In this document: piece by piece, positions 63,601-64,000 of the stretch
Layout of the letters: each line of letters starts with the position of its first letter
How positions within the stretch are numbered: the first letter of the stretch is position 1
From: a virus
Virus record (IMG/VR): IMGVR_UViG_3300035670_000086
Coordinates: 1-64,000 of that record
Length of the DNA: 64,000 bases
Strand: one strand, 5' to 3'
The notes under the pieces: generated by a model
The model's input: the letters and a program-made list of their open reading frames with translations, nothing else
What the model was told of the DNA's origin: nothing
The model's database searches: none
Translations under genes and position numbers: made by a program

Positions 63601-63869
63601 ATACCACTAGAATCTTGTCCAACAGGGAAACCATAGTCTGAGGACACAACAAACATTTTGCCGGGAATACCGGAGAAACCATCTCTAACTGGGTAGCCTA
63701 TTCTTTCCCAGATATAAGATGTACGATCCTCAAGATCATATATTGGCATGTTATCTTCTTCCCAGTTGTAGAAAGAAGATGAATCGAACTTAGTTACAGT
63801 TGCTTGCCAGTCGTTAATTATTGCGACTGTGCCCGAGGTTAAATATAAATCTTGAGGGATGAAAGACAT
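60615..63869 (-). CDS. tail spike-like protein with right-handed beta-helix repeats
   Basis: Recurring G[FIL]xxxNS.[VI] rungs; FYNWEEDNMPIYDLEDR anchor motif. Confidence 0.7.
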   Translation of the reverse strand: MSFIPQDLYLTSGTVAIINDWQATVTKFDSSSFYNWEEDNMPIYDLEDRTSYIWERIGYPVRDGFSGIPGKMFVVSSDYGFPVGQDSSGIVFRDLSSVINVLPNPITYPIIIEVASFGNLGELNLNNIKIDDSCPGAGLEIVNRVFARSKFGSAAAPSALYISSDPSVSSLMIKEMFHNASALAISSVVLSATTDARLNSNNRSWVVNYAYGATSLLTKKPILSFKDTQFDQSIATNKFAIAEYGNTEDPTITAYDVAVTDTISGAAIARTAIQDQSNVAVLAFGNFLSNVKVSNCDGPIFIRGFLVDGSLDTTGTITQSIDSGFNIVNSDVVLENVMSMRCKKHGFKIINSNVDVRRAIVAARNYEISSTSDRSANSNGIGLYAENSLINFVPVSTAYVQYSGVDLISQFAFNDVGIQLNNSKIVGGNKITTAFSVTDGPTMIQSLYNKRVGLEVTNSIFDHQGGLEIINNYNGIVANNSKLNFPLLTIENNQEIGFEANNCDIVFNPDLIRPSVTTSYENSQIGKTYKQFTFYRNGQHMVLNHSILRYPYATSMPSKVGNILAIDSFGSYDVSGTKGRLPAIEIKNSSRAELIHPEIKTYQTTSVYAQPLFGACLSISDNSKVVLRGSGGVSPNTGPTMLVGPQTLAAQKKAAIVYVSKNSAATFNGNTLIAQGAVDVLAEDNSVVNFGPHKRDNNTLDVSGWNLSDNQNHTRVELHAIKSCLVADKNSVINMEDIGDYATQWGATVLPSQDYNNSDVYNTTYYTSGGYVQFYPNPQDDNLLTGTNLVPAAIGSYVYTETNPGYFLTSYKDANSATNIANYSKGGICVKAQNGSKVKALNVNFAAGWYNTSSAFYDSSSGNCELLRIWNICQNSELEAAYLSVSGMYPSLAGYYGPSAVYLSGAGVPASGAPSSTPDTSTLSVLDFYGVSSSRAGTNYGPFRLYFSPHSQAKMLGYVSGTGADQAAFYGAPYQMLAQGYNPSGNLIGASAFDAIYSGISTSAFYYVSAMVDASYKNRIRLDESAADSFANAKHNAIAKSGRHALVTIYRSTSTAGGQGYDSNVAGYGKGFKSAEIFDLRRDD

Positions 63870-63878
63870 TTAAAATCC

Positions 63879-64000
63879 TTAGAATGTTATAGTCCACTTA
63901 AATACTAGTGCAAAATCAGAAGATTTTTCTATAGGTGTAAAATATTTATATGCTACAAGGATGGGGGCTGGAGTTGATAACTTTCTAATGTTATGTACAA
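63879..64000 (-). CDS. 3' end of a tail-collar-fibre-like protein (partial)
   Basis: ...PILVAYKYFTPIEKSSDFALVFKWTITF*, homologous to LVAYKQFVPIEKTKDFSIKFTWTI in 40700..45220. Confidence 0.7.
   Translation of the reverse strand, partial: VHNIRKLSTPAPILVAYKYFTPIEKSSDFALVFKWTITF

Overview
64 kb of a large lytic myovirus (T4-like/jumbo Caudoviricetes), almost all encoded on the minus strand, standard genetic code. In transcription order (right to left): baseplate/tail-spike genes and PAAR (64000-55300); a block of small basic proteins, prohead protease, scaffold and major capsid protein (55217-49053); neck proteins, a tail terminator with three gp15 domains in one chain, a 1506-aa fibre-like protein, tail sheath and tube (48954-37771); a replication/recombination/nucleotide module (35017-21468: Hjc-like resolvase, gp55-like late sigma, family A DNA polymerase split over three ORFs with a dNMP kinase inside it, ThyX, gp47/gp46, NrdJ, gp41, UvsY, gp32); an AT-rich glycosyltransferase/methyltransferase island (20786-14483); MazG, deaminase, UvsX and a Clp ATPase; five tRNAs, all with U34; and an early region of tiny genes, many behind a copy of a ~50-bp promoter cassette positioned to give leaderless mRNA. 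Most notable: (1) the intein-free tripartite PolA whose pieces each carry their own start signals, (2) about 10 proteins sharing a T4-like capsid-targeting leader and apparent protease sites, (3) the triple-gp15 protein, (4) the leaderless promoter cassettes and palindromic bidirectional -10 elements. All calls come from motif recognition by eye; no database searches were run.
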